This document shows, piece after piece, positions 35,546 through 35,818 of a stretch of 35,818 nucleotides of DNA (positions within the stretch are counted from its first letter, which is position 1; the number at the start of each line of letters is the position of its first letter). A program made the translations under genes and the position numbers. The notes below the pieces were generated by a model that was not told the origin of the DNA, searched no databases, and saw only the letters and a program-made list of their open reading frames with translations. This DNA comes from Vulcanimicrobiaceae bacterium. Lineage in GTDB: Bacteria > Vulcanimicrobiota > Vulcanimicrobiia > Vulcanimicrobiales > Vulcanimicrobiaceae. Where the stretch lies: the NCBI GenBank assembly GCA_046262595.1, contig JBHEMM010000012.1:407-36224 (forward strand), written 5' to 3'.

Positions 35546-35812
35546 ATGACCGCATTCGAAGCGCTTCTTCGTGAGGCCCTGGTGGTGACCGCGGTGCTGT
35601 GCTTACCGGTCTTGGGTATCGCCACCCTTGTCGGCACCGCCGTCGCGGTCTTGCAAGCGGCAACGCAAGTGCAGGAGCAGACGCTCTCGCTGCTGCCCAA
35701 ACTGCTTGCTGTCGGTTTGGCGCTCGCCGCGTTCGGCAGCTTCGGACTGCACCTTTGCGCGCGGCTTTTCGGCGACGTGGTCGCACAGATTCCCGGATTG
35801 GTGCGCGGTTGA
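35546..35812 (+). CDS. fliQ: Export gate protein FliQ/SctS
   Basis: LP.L....VG..VAVLQAATQVQEQTLS..PKL. Confidence 0.92.
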   Translation: MTAFEALLREALVVTAVLCLPVLGIATLVGTAVAVLQAATQVQEQTLSLLPKLLAVGLALAAFGSFGLHLCARLFGDVVAQIPGLVRG

Positions 35813-35818
35813 ACGCCG

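Noticed and set aside
31619..35548. The 37-nt repeated motif as CRISPR repeats or REP elements
   Set aside because: Copies are kilobases apart, non-palindromic and at a fixed distance from start codons

Overview
GC-rich bacterial chromosomal segment, almost fully coding. It is tentatively Eremiobacterota/WPS-2-like, which is an impression from gene content and cannot be verified here. Order: YnbB-type PLP enzyme (5'-truncated), PilZ protein, small hypothetical, FHA protein, panC-coaBC-coaX. Next is a divergent Ni/Co-associated locus: a fused DUF4331 plus a putative outer-membrane protein on the minus strand, and an RcnA-like transporter, split DUF4331 pair, TPR protein and HoxN/NixA permease on the plus strand. 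Then dusB leads a tightly coupled run of class-III aminotransferase, SRPBCC protein, acyl-ACP-reductase-like protein, an uncharacterised protein and a lone LanC-like protein. Housekeeping genes follow: greA-lysS, DUF5069, truA, folA-thyA, marR, rplM-rpsI, DUF3810. The window ends in a strongly reduced flagellum-derived type III export cluster (mini flgB, flgC, fliE, fliF fused to a FliG fragment, fliH, shortened fliI, lytic transglycosylase, tandem aspartyl protease, FliK-C-like, rod/hook-like, fliM-like, fliN, fliP, inserted metF, fliQ). Best candidates for novelty: (1) the minimal, probably motor-less flagellar-type secretion apparatus, with a shared fixed-spacing upstream motif before four of its genes; (2) the DUF4331/TPR/Ni-transporter system with predicted N-terminal ATCUN (S-D-H) metal-binding motifs; (3) a split TamH-like fatty-amine pathway; (4) several conserved genes with no canonical start codon where homology begins. 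No rRNA, tRNA, CRISPR array or mobile element was recognised. All family assignments come from recognising motifs by eye, not from database searches.
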